Below are positions 37,472 through 46,792 of a stretch of DNA of 52,862 nucleotides, piece after piece. A program made the position numbers and the translations under genes. This DNA is from Chloroflexota bacterium. GTDB taxonomy: Bacteria; Chloroflexota; Anaerolineae; Aggregatilineales; UBA3940. Numbering within the stretch: position 1 is the stretch's first letter; each line of letters begins with the position of its first letter. Where the stretch lies: NCBI GenBank assembly GCA_010092775.1, contig JAADYZ010000093.1:1-52862 (forward strand), given 5' to 3'. The notes under the pieces are model-generated. The model saw only the letters and a list, made by a program, of their open reading frames with translations. It did no database searches and was not told where the DNA came from.

Positions 37472-38898
37472 AGCGTATTGTACCTCTCATAGGCAGCTTG
37501 CCAGTCATCAGTTAAGTTGGGTGTATAGCGTGTCGTGCTTGCCATGTCGGCGACGATCTGCCGTGCTTCACCGAGTGAGCCTAGCTCGCCTAAGGTGATC
37601 AACTGAATCAGGGCGTTGCCAATCACCGTGGCCTCAACGGGACCAGCCATGACCGGTTTTCCGCTGGCATCGGCGGTCATCTGGTTGAGGAGTGTGTTTT
37701 GTGATCCGCCGCCGATGATGTGAATAACATCCACCCTATGCCCTGATACACGTTCTAAGCGTTCGAACATATCACGATAGGCGAGCGCGAGACTCTCCAG
37801 CACACAGCGCACAACTGCTCCTGGTGTCTCTGGGGTGGGTTGGCCTGTCGCCTCGCACTTAGCACGGATTAACGCCGGATGATCACCCGGACGCAGAAAA
37901 ACCACATCGTTGGGGTCAATAATCGACTGAAGGGGTGTGGCCTGCTCTGCCAAGCCCACCAGAGTGGCATAGCTGTAGTCCTCACCTACCGCCCGCCACT
38001 TCAAACGGCACTGTTGAACGATCCACAATCCCATCACATTCTTTAGCAAGCGAATGGTATCAAACACACCACCCTCATTGGTGATGTTGGCAGCAGCCGC
38101 TTCGGGTGTGATCACTGGTGCATCGGTCTCAATGCCGACCAAGCTCCATGTACCGCTGCTGATATATCCGAAATGTGGTGTAGTGGCCGGAGCCGCCGCG
38201 ACCGCACTGCCCGTATCATGACAGGCGGGCGCAATTACCGGAATGTCATTGTAACTGCCGATGCGCGTTCCCGGTGGCACGATCTCGGGCAATATTGTGC
38301 TAGGGATGCCTAAGGTTTCTAACATGGGTGTCGCCCATGATCGTGTGTGAGGGTTGATCATCTGGGTAGTCGAGGCAATGCTGTACTCGCTGATCTTTTC
38401 TCCGGTTAACCAATAGTTGATCAGGTCAGGTGAGAGCAGAAGGGTATCCGCCACCTGCAAGAGTGGTGACTCTTCAACCACTAGGCTCATGAGTTGGTAT
38501 AGAGTGTTGATTTGCATCACCTCAATGCCTGTGTATGCGAAGACTTCAGCACGCGGAATGCGCTCAAAGACTTTCGTCATCATATTATCGGTGCGAGAGT
38601 CACGGTAGTGAACCGGGTTACCGAGCAAATGCCCCTGCTCATCAAGCAAAGCAAAGTCAACCCCCCAGGTGTCAACTCCGATACTCGCTGGGGTCAACGA
38701 TGTTCCCGAAGCGATCCCCTGTTGGATGTTGTCCCACAGGGAAAGAAAGTTCCAGTGGAGGGTGCCATTTACCCTGACAGGTGTGTTGGGGAAACGGGCG
38801 AGTTCCTCGGTATGTAGGGCGCGTCCGTCGAATTGAACCGCCATCACGCGCCCTGACTCGGCACCCAGGTCAACGGCTAACACAGTTTGTGATGTCAT
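37468..38898 (-). CDS. rhaB: FGGY sugar kinase, RhaB-type (rhamnulokinase/fuculokinase)
   Basis: AVDLGAESGRVM, IGVDTWGVDFALLD, YRDSRT, NTLYQL, ANITNEGG, NVMGLWI, IGGGSQNTLLNQ all parallel E. coli RhaB. Substrate (rhamnulose versus fuculose) is not decidable. Confidence 0.8.
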   Translation of the reverse strand: MTSQTVLAVDLGAESGRVMAVQFDGRALHTEELARFPNTPVRVNGTLHWNFLSLWDNIQQGIASGTSLTPASIGVDTWGVDFALLDEQGHLLGNPVHYRDSRTDNMMTKVFERIPRAEVFAYTGIEVMQINTLYQLMSLVVEESPLLQVADTLLLSPDLINYWLTGEKISEYSIASTTQMINPHTRSWATPMLETLGIPSTILPEIVPPGTRIGSYNDIPVIAPACHDTGSAVAAAPATTPHFGYISSGTWSLVGIETDAPVITPEAAAANITNEGGVFDTIRLLKNVMGLWIVQQCRLKWRAVGEDYSYATLVGLAEQATPLQSIIDPNDVVFLRPGDHPALIRAKCEATGQPTPETPGAVVRCVLESLALAYRDMFERLERVSGHRVDVIHIIGGGSQNTLLNQMTADASGKPVMAGPVEATVIGNALIQLITLGELGSLGEARQIVADMASTTRYTPNLTDDWQAAYERYNTL

Positions 38899-39656
38899 TG
38901 TCCCTCCAACATCCGTTGGCGATAGTGTTCATCGGGCCGGGTATCGATGCGTGCCACACGTTCGGCGCTTAAGAAGTTAGGGCCGCCCACAGCGTAGGCT
39001 GCCTGCAAGATCCGGCTAACTTTGACCGCCATCGCCGTGATCCGTTGCACCTCGCTTGCCGTTCGCCCTAATGCGATCATGCCGTGGTTTTGCAGCAGAA
39101 TAAGTTTGGGGTCGCGCTGTAGTCTGTCTTGATACGCTCTGATACCCTCGCGGATCGCAATAGATAAGGTCAGACCAGGGTCCGTGTATGGAATGAACAC
39201 GGGTTCCGGGCCACAAACGACAATTTCATCCGGGAATATACGTCCGCTATAGGCTTCCTTTGCGTGTTGTGAACAGAGAATGGCATTTACTGCGGTTGGG
39301 TGCGTATGGCCGACAAATTCTGCCCCAGCTTCAAAAAGACATACCGCGTGAAACATCGTTTCCACAGACGGCAGAAGCTCTGTCTCGCCAATTGTCGCTT
39401 CCCTTAGCGCTTGTTTGATAGCACTGTCTGACAAGGACCGAGAGTCCAACGTTGTGATGACTGCAGCATAGTCAACTTGGACGAAGCCTCCTGCGTCAAT
39501 GTTGTTCAGCGATTTACCGCTGGCCTTTACCCAGAAGGTCTCATCATTCGCACGGGCAGACGTATTGCCCTCCCCCAGAATGACATAGTCATTGCCCGGT
39601 TTGCCCAGTTCGACGGAAAGGGTGATCAGTTCATCTAGCCGTTTTCGATTGCTCAT
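38895..39656 (-). CDS. Class II aldolase/adducin family protein (stand-alone, catalytic residues intact)
   Basis: GEGNTSAR, PSVETMFHA, VGHTHPTAVNA, LLQNHGMIALG. ATGA overlap with the kinase start. Confidence 0.8.
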   Translation of the reverse strand: MSNRKRLDELITLSVELGKPGNDYVILGEGNTSARANDETFWVKASGKSLNNIDAGGFVQVDYAAVITTLDSRSLSDSAIKQALREATIGETELLPSVETMFHAVCLFEAGAEFVGHTHPTAVNAILCSQHAKEAYSGRIFPDEIVVCGPEPVFIPYTDPGLTLSIAIREGIRAYQDRLQRDPKLILLQNHGMIALGRTASEVQRITAMAVKVSRILQAAYAVGGPNFLSAERVARIDTRPDEHYRQRMLEGQ

Positions 39657-39694
39657 TGTTTACATCAAGCTCCATGGCGAAATGCCCTTGAGCA

Positions 39695-41518
39695 TCACTG
39701 CACCCCGTTTCGGTAGAGCGGGCCAAAGTTTGCACAGGCGCGGAAGTCAGCCCCTTCGCGGTCTGCTGTGCCGAACGCATTCCATGCGCTGGGGCGGAAG
39801 ATCTTCTCTTCGGTGATGTTGTGCATGTAGACGGGAATACGCAGCATTGATGCCAGTGTAATTAAGTCAGCTCCAAAGTGACCGTAGCTGAAGGCACCAT
39901 GATTCGCGCCCCAGGCGTTCATCACAGAGTAAGGGTCGGTGAATACGCCAGTTCCAGTTGTGCGTGGCACGAACCATGTGGTTGGCCAGGTTGGGTTGGT
40001 TCTCTCATCCAGAATATCGTGAACCTCTGGAGGTAGATCGACGGTGTGACCTTCAGCGATTTGCAAAGCAGGCCCAAGGCCTTGAATCAGATTGATGCGG
40101 AACATCGTGATTGGCATACCACCACGCGTCAAATAGTCCGTGGACCATCCCCCGCCGCGAAAATACTCAGTGACAGAAGCGCACCATTGGGTGGCCTCCA
40201 GGCATTTCATGGCTTCATCTGATGTTACTTCCCACCAGGGCTTCATGGCTGGCTCACCATTAATTTCCTGCTGACCTGTACCGTCAAGGGCGGAGGGGCC
40301 AGAGTTAATCAGATGCAGGATGCCGTTCTCTGCCATACCAGTAGGCCTGTAACCAGTGACACGTTCAATCGCGTCAGGGCTCCAGTAGGTGCGGACATCC
40401 GAGAACATCTGGGCTGCACCCGTCAGCAAGTGCCCAAAGAGCATGCAAATACCGTTGAGGGCATCATTCTCCGTTGCAATCAGATATGGCTGGCGAATCC
40501 CATTCCAGTCGAAAGAGGTATTTAATATGGCCTCAAGAAAGTCACCATTGGGCATGAAGTCTGTCCACTGACGTTGGCCCTGAAAACCTGCCAGAATGCC
40601 ATTGCGCCCCAACCCTTCCTCGCCAAACCCAAGTTCTGTCAGGCGCAGATTTCCGACCATCAGGTCACGGGCGATCAACGCCATCTTGACCGACATTGCC
40701 CACTCTTCATCCTTACGTTCGCGGCTGCGCTGCAGCTCTGGTGGGTTCACATCCTGGCCTTCTTTGCAGTTAGTCTTGACCCACTCTAGTGCGCGTTCAA
40801 ACTCATCTGGATCATAGATACCTTCCTGCATCCGCCGGATGAACTCTGACATATCGATGTCTTCAACACGCATTCCCAGATAGCCTTCGAAGAGATCCGG
40901 GTCAATGATGGAACCAGCAATTCCCATTGAAACTCCACCCATTGAGACATAGCTTTTGCCGCGCATGGTCGCGACGGCTAAGCCAGCCCGTGCAAATCGG
41001 AGCAGTTTCTCCTGTATGTCTGCTGGGATGCTCGTATCATCTGAGTCCTGTACATCGCGACTATAGAGGCTGAAGGCTGGTAACCCCTTCTGACTATAGC
41101 CAGCAAGAACAGCCGCTAGATATACCGCACCAGGGCGCTCCGTGCCGTTGAATCCCCAAACAGCTTTAGGAATCAATGGGTCCATGTCCATGGTTTCAGA
41201 GCCATAGCACCAGCATGGTGTGACCGTTAGTGAAACACCAACCCCTTCGCGAGCAAACTTCTCAGCACATGCGGCGGCTTCTGCTACACCGCCAATTGTT
41301 GTATCTGCAATCACACATTCAACCGGGAGACCATTAGCATGACGCAGATTCTTGCTCAGGAATGTGGCGACATTGTTGGCCATATTCATCGTCTGATCTT
41401 CCAATGACTCTCGTACGCCCTGCAAACGACCATCAATGGTTGGGCGTATACCAATTTTGGGCATTGATCCAATTAAACGATTCGTGGGGGGAGAGACATC
41501 CATTGTTATCTTCACCAA
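39695..41518 (-). CDS. fucI: L-fucose isomerase
   Basis: Near-collinear with E. coli FucI: [81 protein letters not shown]. The start is uncertain: GTG 41518, ATG 41503 or ATG 41464. Confidence 0.9.
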   Translation of the reverse strand: MVKITMDVSPPTNRLIGSMPKIGIRPTIDGRLQGVRESLEDQTMNMANNVATFLSKNLRHANGLPVECVIADTTIGGVAEAAACAEKFAREGVGVSLTVTPCWCYGSETMDMDPLIPKAVWGFNGTERPGAVYLAAVLAGYSQKGLPAFSLYSRDVQDSDDTSIPADIQEKLLRFARAGLAVATMRGKSYVSMGGVSMGIAGSIIDPDLFEGYLGMRVEDIDMSEFIRRMQEGIYDPDEFERALEWVKTNCKEGQDVNPPELQRSRERKDEEWAMSVKMALIARDLMVGNLRLTELGFGEEGLGRNGILAGFQGQRQWTDFMPNGDFLEAILNTSFDWNGIRQPYLIATENDALNGICMLFGHLLTGAAQMFSDVRTYWSPDAIERVTGYRPTGMAENGILHLINSGPSALDGTGQQEINGEPAMKPWWEVTSDEAMKCLEATQWCASVTEYFRGGGWSTDYLTRGGMPITMFRINLIQGLGPALQIAEGHTVDLPPEVHDILDERTNPTWPTTWFVPRTTGTGVFTDPYSVMNAWGANHGAFSYGHFGADLITLASMLRIPVYMHNITEEKIFRPSAWNAFGTADREGADFRACANFGPLYRNGVQ

Positions 41519-41606
41519 TCCTGATTGTAAATCTTATTCTTGGAAAAAATAAAAGGCTACCCACTATGTGTGGACAGTCCTGAAAACACAAACAAACTCC
41601 TAGCTC

Positions 41607-41635
41607 AATCTATGGTATCCATACCATATTGTAAA
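41607..41635 (-). promoter_or_regulatory. Promoter of the fucI operon with an 18-bp palindrome that fills the spacer and overlaps the -10
   Basis: The minus strand reads TTTACA (41635-41630), 17 nt spacer, TAGATT (41612-41607). TATGGTATCCATACCATA (41611-41628, perfect 8-2-8 palindrome) covers the spacer and overlaps the -10 by 2 nt. Confidence 0.5.
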
Positions 41636-41673
41636 AAGGAGATACTTCATTGTGATGCCAATCTTCTAAATGA

Positions 41674-42684
41674 TCATCGTTTCAGGTTTTTGCCACTCGA
41701 TGAGCGAATGATCATCGTTATGTCTAAGATAATGCTTTGTGGTGGCTTGTCTTCTTCATTCTTGATGCGGTCAAGCAACAGCTCGGCGGCCACCCGGCCC
41801 ATTTCTTTGGCCGGCTGCGCAGCAACGGTTAAGAATGGCTCCAATGAGTAGGTTGGTGGGATGTCATCTACAGCGACAATCGACATATCATCTGGCACAC
41901 ACAGCTCTTGGTCCTTTAGCGCCTGAATAGTACCGATGGCTATGAAGTTGTTAGCTGCAAAGATCGCTGTTGGGCAAAGGGCAGAGTTGATAACACGCTT
42001 GGCATTCCGGTAACCCGCCTCTTGTGTATATGCGTCCCAGTAAATCAGGTCGTCATTCGGCTCAATGCCAGCCTCTTCTAGTGCGTGAAGATAACCTGTT
42101 ACGCGATCTACAGAGGTAGATGTGCTCTTTGGGCCAGCTAACATCGCAATATGACGATGACCCAGAGCGAGCAAATGCTTGGTCAGTAGGTAAGCACCTT
42201 CTTGCGAGTCAGCTCGGACTACATCAACAGCGACATTTTGAACTTCTCGGTCTAGCACCACCAGCGGAATCTTCTGATTCAGTATCCGCTTGATTGATGC
42301 AGAGTCATTACTGGCCGGCACCAACAAAATGCCGTCAATCTGTCTCTGCAGGAGCGTTTCCAAATATAAGGCCTGCTTTTCCTCAGACTCATCTGAATTG
42401 CAGAGTATGGTCAAATAGCCATTAGCCGAAGCGACATCTTCAATGCCCCGTGTGACTGTTGTCCAGAAAGGGTTGGTAATATCCGTGACCATCGCAGCAA
42501 TTGACATAGTTTGCTTAAAACGCAAGCTTGGGCCAAGCATGTTAGGTACGTAACCTAACTCTGCAATGGCGCCTTCCACACGCTTTCGAGTCTTGTCGCT
42601 TACATACCCAGAGTTGTTTATCACTCGGGACACAGTAATGGGTGCAACTTTAGCTAGTTTGGCAACATCCTGAATGTTAGTCAT
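41674..42684 (-). CDS. LacI-family transcriptional regulator
   Basis: N-terminal HTH MTNIQDVAKLAKVAPITVSRVINN followed by a periplasmic-binding-protein-like sugar-binding core. Confidence 0.9.
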   Translation of the reverse strand: MTNIQDVAKLAKVAPITVSRVINNSGYVSDKTRKRVEGAIAELGYVPNMLGPSLRFKQTMSIAAMVTDITNPFWTTVTRGIEDVASANGYLTILCNSDESEEKQALYLETLLQRQIDGILLVPASNDSASIKRILNQKIPLVVLDREVQNVAVDVVRADSQEGAYLLTKHLLALGHRHIAMLAGPKSTSTSVDRVTGYLHALEEAGIEPNDDLIYWDAYTQEAGYRNAKRVINSALCPTAIFAANNFIAIGTIQALKDQELCVPDDMSIVAVDDIPPTYSLEPFLTVAAQPAKEMGRVAAELLLDRIKNEEDKPPQSIILDITMIIRSSSGKNLKR

Positions 42685-42727
42685 TATTTTAACTTAACTT
42701 ACACAAATAGACGAATGATATGTTATG

Positions 42728-42744
42728 TATGGTATGCATACCAT
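42728..42744. promoter_or_regulatory. Second copy of the palindrome, upstream of the LacI gene (predicted autoregulatory operator)
   Basis: TATGGTATGCATACCAT; the core ATGGTATGCATACCAT is a perfect 16-bp palindrome. It lies 44-60 nt upstream of the lacI-family start codon. Confidence 0.5.
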
Positions 42745-43068
42745 TTTGCTGTGCTCAGCTTAACATGGTATTGATCTTGAAGTCAAGCATTTCAAATGAA
42801 GCAGCCAGGCAAGAGCTCCGTAACCTCGAAAAATCTCATCCGGGTGCTCCCGTGGGGTCTAAAAACCTCGTCAACCCCTATAAAACAAGGTTAAGCAGTA
42901 TGTCGACAATACTCTTTGATAATTCCACCCAGGATCTTGCATTGCTCAATTGCCCCTCGTTTGACAGTACGAAGGGGGGGCCATAGATACCTCGAATAAT
43001 TCGTCACATTTGTTTGCGGCACCCCGTGCTATGATAGAATGTGGATAGCATATTCAGGGAGAATAGCT

Positions 43069-46000
43069 ATGCTTATTGGTCACTATCACCTCGGTGACAA
43101 ACTCGGCTCCGGGGCAATGGGGGATGTATACAAAGCAACTGACACCGAAAGCGGACAAATAGTAGCCATTAAGCGGTTAAAGGCTGAACTTGTCAACCGT
43201 GACCCGGTCATGCTGGAGCGCTTCGTTCGAGAGGGACAGGCCCTGCAGCAGCTTGACCATCCCAATATCGTCAAAATGCTGGATGCCGTGACTGAGGGCG
43301 ATAATCACTATATTGTAATGGAGTACGTCGCAGGCGGTGACCTGATCAGCTATCTGCGTGCTCAACAACCATTGCCCATCATGCCTGCTTTGCATATCGC
43401 TATTCAGCTGGCCGATGCACTCACCCGCTCGCACTATCTGGACATCATCCACCGGGACATCAAACCGGCCAACATCCTTGTCACCGAAGACGGTGTTCCC
43501 AAGCTGACCGATTTCGGCATTGCACGCTTCACAGCCGCCGAAACCAGCCCAACCGAAACGGGTATGGTGATCGGTACCTATGCGTACCTCAGCCCGGAAG
43601 CCTGCATGGGCATGCCCCCAGATGCCCGCACCGATATCTGGGCCTTTGGTGTGGTGCTCTATGAGATGCTGACGGGCAGGCGTCCGTTTGTGGGCAGTAG
43701 CCCGGGTACGCTGGTCGTCGAAATTCTCAAGAAGCCGTTCCCCGATCCGCAGGAATTGCGCCCCGACATTAGCGACGATCTCACCGATTTGCTCTACCGT
43801 ATGCTGGAAAAAAACCGCGATGCCCGTATCCCTTCGGTACGATTGGTTGGTGCTGAGATTGAGGCCATGCTAAAGGGCATTGACTTCTCCGCGGATCGGG
43901 CTAGCCCGGTTACCCTTGTCATGGAATCGATGTTCGCTACGCCCATGGCTGAACAGGCACAGCACAACCTGCCACATCAGGTGACGCCTTTTGTGGGCCG
44001 CACCACCGAACTGGCCGAACTGCAACGCCTGATCGACAAACCTGATATACGCCTGATCACCGTGCACGGCCCCGGGGGGATGGGTAAATCACGCCTTGCG
44101 GTTGAAGTAGGCCGTACCCAGCTGCAGGCCTTCCCCGATGGCGTGTGCTTCGTTGAGCTTGCTCCGCTGGCCAATGCGGCCAACATTCCTTCAGCGATTG
44201 CCGAAGCAGCTCGCTACCGCTTCACGGGTACTGATTCATCAACTGAACAGATCGTAACTTTCCTCGGCAACAAGAAGATGCTGCTCATTCTGGATAACTT
44301 CGAGCACGTTATGGCAGGCCGCGATCTGGTGATGGACATTCTGGAAGCTGCGCCGGAAGTGACCTTTCTCGTGACCAGTCGGGAACGGCTCAACCTGCGA
44401 GCAGAAACGGTCTTTACGCTGGGCGGCCTGGACTTCCCTGCGTGGGAAACCCCCGTGGGTGCCCTGAAGTATTCCGCTGTGCAGCTCTTCATGCGGAGCG
44501 CTCAACACGCTCGCGTTGATTTTGAACTGCAACAGGAAGATCTTGATTATCTGGCGCGCATCTGTCGTCTGGTGCAGGGTACACCCCTTGGCCTGATTCT
44601 GGCAGCAGGATGGGTCGATACGCTGCCGTTGGACGAGATTGCCGCCGAGATCGCTGACAGCATTGACTTCCTCGAAACGGAATTGACCGATCTACCTGAT
44701 CGTCAGCGCAGCATCCGCGCCGCCTTTGACTACTCATGGAACCTGCTCAGCAAGGACGAACGTGAGATGTTTAGCCGTCTGTCGGTGTTTCGGGGAAGCT
44801 TTACCCATAAGGCGGCCAAAACTGTCACAGGGGCATCGTTACGCCACTTGACGAACCTCGCCAACAAATCCCTCATTGGGCGCAACCCGGAAAGCGGCCG
44901 GTTTGAAGTGCACGAACTGCTACGGCAGATTGCGCATGAATACCTTACAGACGATGCGGCAGCGATCTACGAGGCCCATGCCACCTACTATCTAACGGCA
45001 TTGACGGCAAAAGCAACCGACCTGAAGGGCCGCGATCAACTGGGGGCGATGAAGGCCATTAACAGCGAATTCGAAAATGTGCGCGCGGCGTGGGTGTGGG
45101 CGGTGGAGCATGATCAGAGGGTGCTCCTCACCGACTCCCTCTCGATGATAGCGCTGGCCTGTCAGTTGAACAGCCGCTTCGATGAAGCCCACGATCTACT
45201 TGTCCGGGTCATGGACCGCTACGCCCCTCATGATCAACTGCTCTGGTACAGAGCCTTGCTAGAACGTGAGATGCTATACCCATTGGGGCGTTCGTTTGAC
45301 GATGTGGAGGGTGCCATCCACCAATCATTGACTATCGCGCAGGATGCGGGCGACCGTACGGTCGAGGCACTCGCTTGGCGAGCCATCGGCTGGGTTCACC
45401 TGACGCGCTTTGAAAAGGAAGCTATTGAAGCCTTTCAAAAGAGCCTTGCGCTAACTGAGGAACTCGCTGATGATTATGGTCGCGGCGAAGCCTTGCATCG
45501 TCTTGGGTTTGCTCATTATTACCTCAGGCAGACCAAAGAGGATTTGGCCATAGCGGAAGACTTTACCCAACAGGCTGAAGCTGTACGGCGTGCAAATGGT
45601 GACGTCAAGGGGTTAGTCGCAACAATCAACAACCTCGCCATTTTTGCCCATTTTCGGGGTGACACGACCCATCTCGATTATTGCAAAGAGGCCGTACGTC
45701 TCGCACGGCAGGTAGGTGATCCCGGCACACTTATATTCCCCTTGACAAACTTGGCTATATACTTAATTTATACAGAACGTGACATGGCCCAACGTATTGG
45801 GCGTGAACTTTTGGATTTAGCCCAACAGACAAACAACCCGCGTGATCTGAACGCGGCTTATGGTCTCCAAGCGGCATTCGCTGCTATAGAGGGTGACTAT
45901 GAGGAAGCGTTGAGATGGACCGACAAGCAACTTGTATCGGACTCATCTGATATTCAGGTGATCGGCACGGCAGCCTATATGCGTGTGCTCTACATGTTCG

Positions 46001-46350
46001 CCATCCATGGCCCAGAGGCCGCTGTCACGGCTATGCGTGAGACATTCGGCCTGATTCCGATTGAAAATACATTTTCAATGGCGATGGCACTACGTGCCCT
46101 CATACCGCTGATCACTGAGCGGGGTGATTACGAACGAGCAACGGCGGTCTACGCCTTAGCCCAGAAGGCGGCCACACAGTCTTGGGCCATGGACGAACTC
46201 ATCCCCATACTGCGGGATACCTTTGACCACCTGCGTGAAGAACTCGGTGAGGAAGCCTTCGAGGCGGCATGGGAACGTGGCCAGCAGATGGATATTGTGG
46301 AAGTGTTCAACAGCGCCGTGGCTATCTATGTTTACCCAGATGAGTCGTAA
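43069..46350 (+). CDS. Ser/Thr protein kinase fused to an NB-ARC/STAND-type ATPase and TPR repeats
   Basis: Kinase motifs GSGAMGDVYKA, VAIK, HRDIKPANIL, DFG, SPE. P-loop HGPGGMGKSRLA, Walker B LLILDNFEH, TSRERL. The C-terminal ~450 aa are TPR-like. ATG 43069 is preceded by GGGAG. Confidence 0.85.
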   Translation: MLIGHYHLGDKLGSGAMGDVYKATDTESGQIVAIKRLKAELVNRDPVMLERFVREGQALQQLDHPNIVKMLDAVTEGDNHYIVMEYVAGGDLISYLRAQQPLPIMPALHIAIQLADALTRSHYLDIIHRDIKPANILVTEDGVPKLTDFGIARFTAAETSPTETGMVIGTYAYLSPEACMGMPPDARTDIWAFGVVLYEMLTGRRPFVGSSPGTLVVEILKKPFPDPQELRPDISDDLTDLLYRMLEKNRDARIPSVRLVGAEIEAMLKGIDFSADRASPVTLVMESMFATPMAEQAQHNLPHQVTPFVGRTTELAELQRLIDKPDIRLITVHGPGGMGKSRLAVEVGRTQLQAFPDGVCFVELAPLANAANIPSAIAEAARYRFTGTDSSTEQIVTFLGNKKMLLILDNFEHVMAGRDLVMDILEAAPEVTFLVTSRERLNLRAETVFTLGGLDFPAWETPVGALKYSAVQLFMRSAQHARVDFELQQEDLDYLARICRLVQGTPLGLILAAGWVDTLPLDEIAAEIADSIDFLETELTDLPDRQRSIRAAFDYSWNLLSKDEREMFSRLSVFRGSFTHKAAKTVTGASLRHLTNLANKSLIGRNPESGRFEVHELLRQIAHEYLTDDAAAIYEAHATYYLTALTAKATDLKGRDQLGAMKAINSEFENVRAAWVWAVEHDQRVLLTDSLSMIALACQLNSRFDEAHDLLVRVMDRYAPHDQLLWYRALLEREMLYPLGRSFDDVEGAIHQSLTIAQDAGDRTVEALAWRAIGWVHLTRFEKEAIEAFQKSLALTEELADDYGRGEALHRLGFAHYYLRQTKEDLAIAEDFTQQAEAVRRANGDVKGLVATINNLAIFAHFRGDTTHLDYCKEAVRLARQVGDPGTLIFPLTNLAIYLIYTERDMAQRIGRELLDLAQQTNNPRDLNAAYGLQAAFAAIEGDYEEALRWTDKQLVSDSSDIQVIGTAAYMRVLYMFAIHGPEAAVTAMRETFGLIPIENTFSMAMALRALIPLITERGDYERATAVYALAQKAATQSWAMDELIPILRDTFDHLREELGEEAFEAAWERGQQMDIVEVFNSAVAIYVYPDES

Positions 46351-46792
46351 TAGGTTCTTATCTGTCGCCACAAAAACCTTGTACAAACCGCGTTTTTAAC
46401 TGTGCATGATCGCGAATACGAACCCCTAGTTCGCCGTCCAGGTCGATGTAGCCCGCCGGTACTACATCGAGAAGCAACGGATAATTCGCCCCGCGCCAGA
46501 AGTTGACCCATCGAGGTGACCAGCTAGAATCCAGACCCTTGTCACGCAGGATGCCCTCAGAAGGTCTGGTCTACGTCTCCCCTCTTCTTCGATGATCCCG
46601 GCTTGATGGGAGGCGTACCGTTGTAAGCGCTCTTTACCTTCATTCAACTTTCTGAAGTCATGTCTTATACCGTTGATCTTATGGATCGAAGCAAAAAAGT
46701 CCTAAGACCTAACTAAACAGGAGGATAGGCATGTCACTATGCACGCAATGTGCTATGATGTTGCTGTCATATAGCATGATAGGATTGTTGTC

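Noticed and set aside
39695-41518. Reading this gene as L-rhamnose isomerase, because it heads an operon containing rhaB-like and rhaEW genes.
   Set aside because: The protein is collinear with E. coli L-fucose isomerase along its whole length ([46 protein letters not shown]). It is not RhaA or RhaI.
42720-42986. 88-aa plus-strand ORF in the lacI-kinase intergenic region.
   Set aside because: It has no SD and an odd composition (MLCMVCIPFCCAQ...). It begins on top of the palindromic operator. The region is better explained as promoter and operator DNA for the two divergent genes.
43069-46350. Calling the kinase-NB-ARC-TPR gene a phage-defence (Avs-like) system.
   Set aside because: Only the generic STAND architecture supports this. 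There is no nuclease, protease or other known defence effector, no defence-island neighbours and no mobile-element context. It is kept only as a low-probability alternative in the findings.
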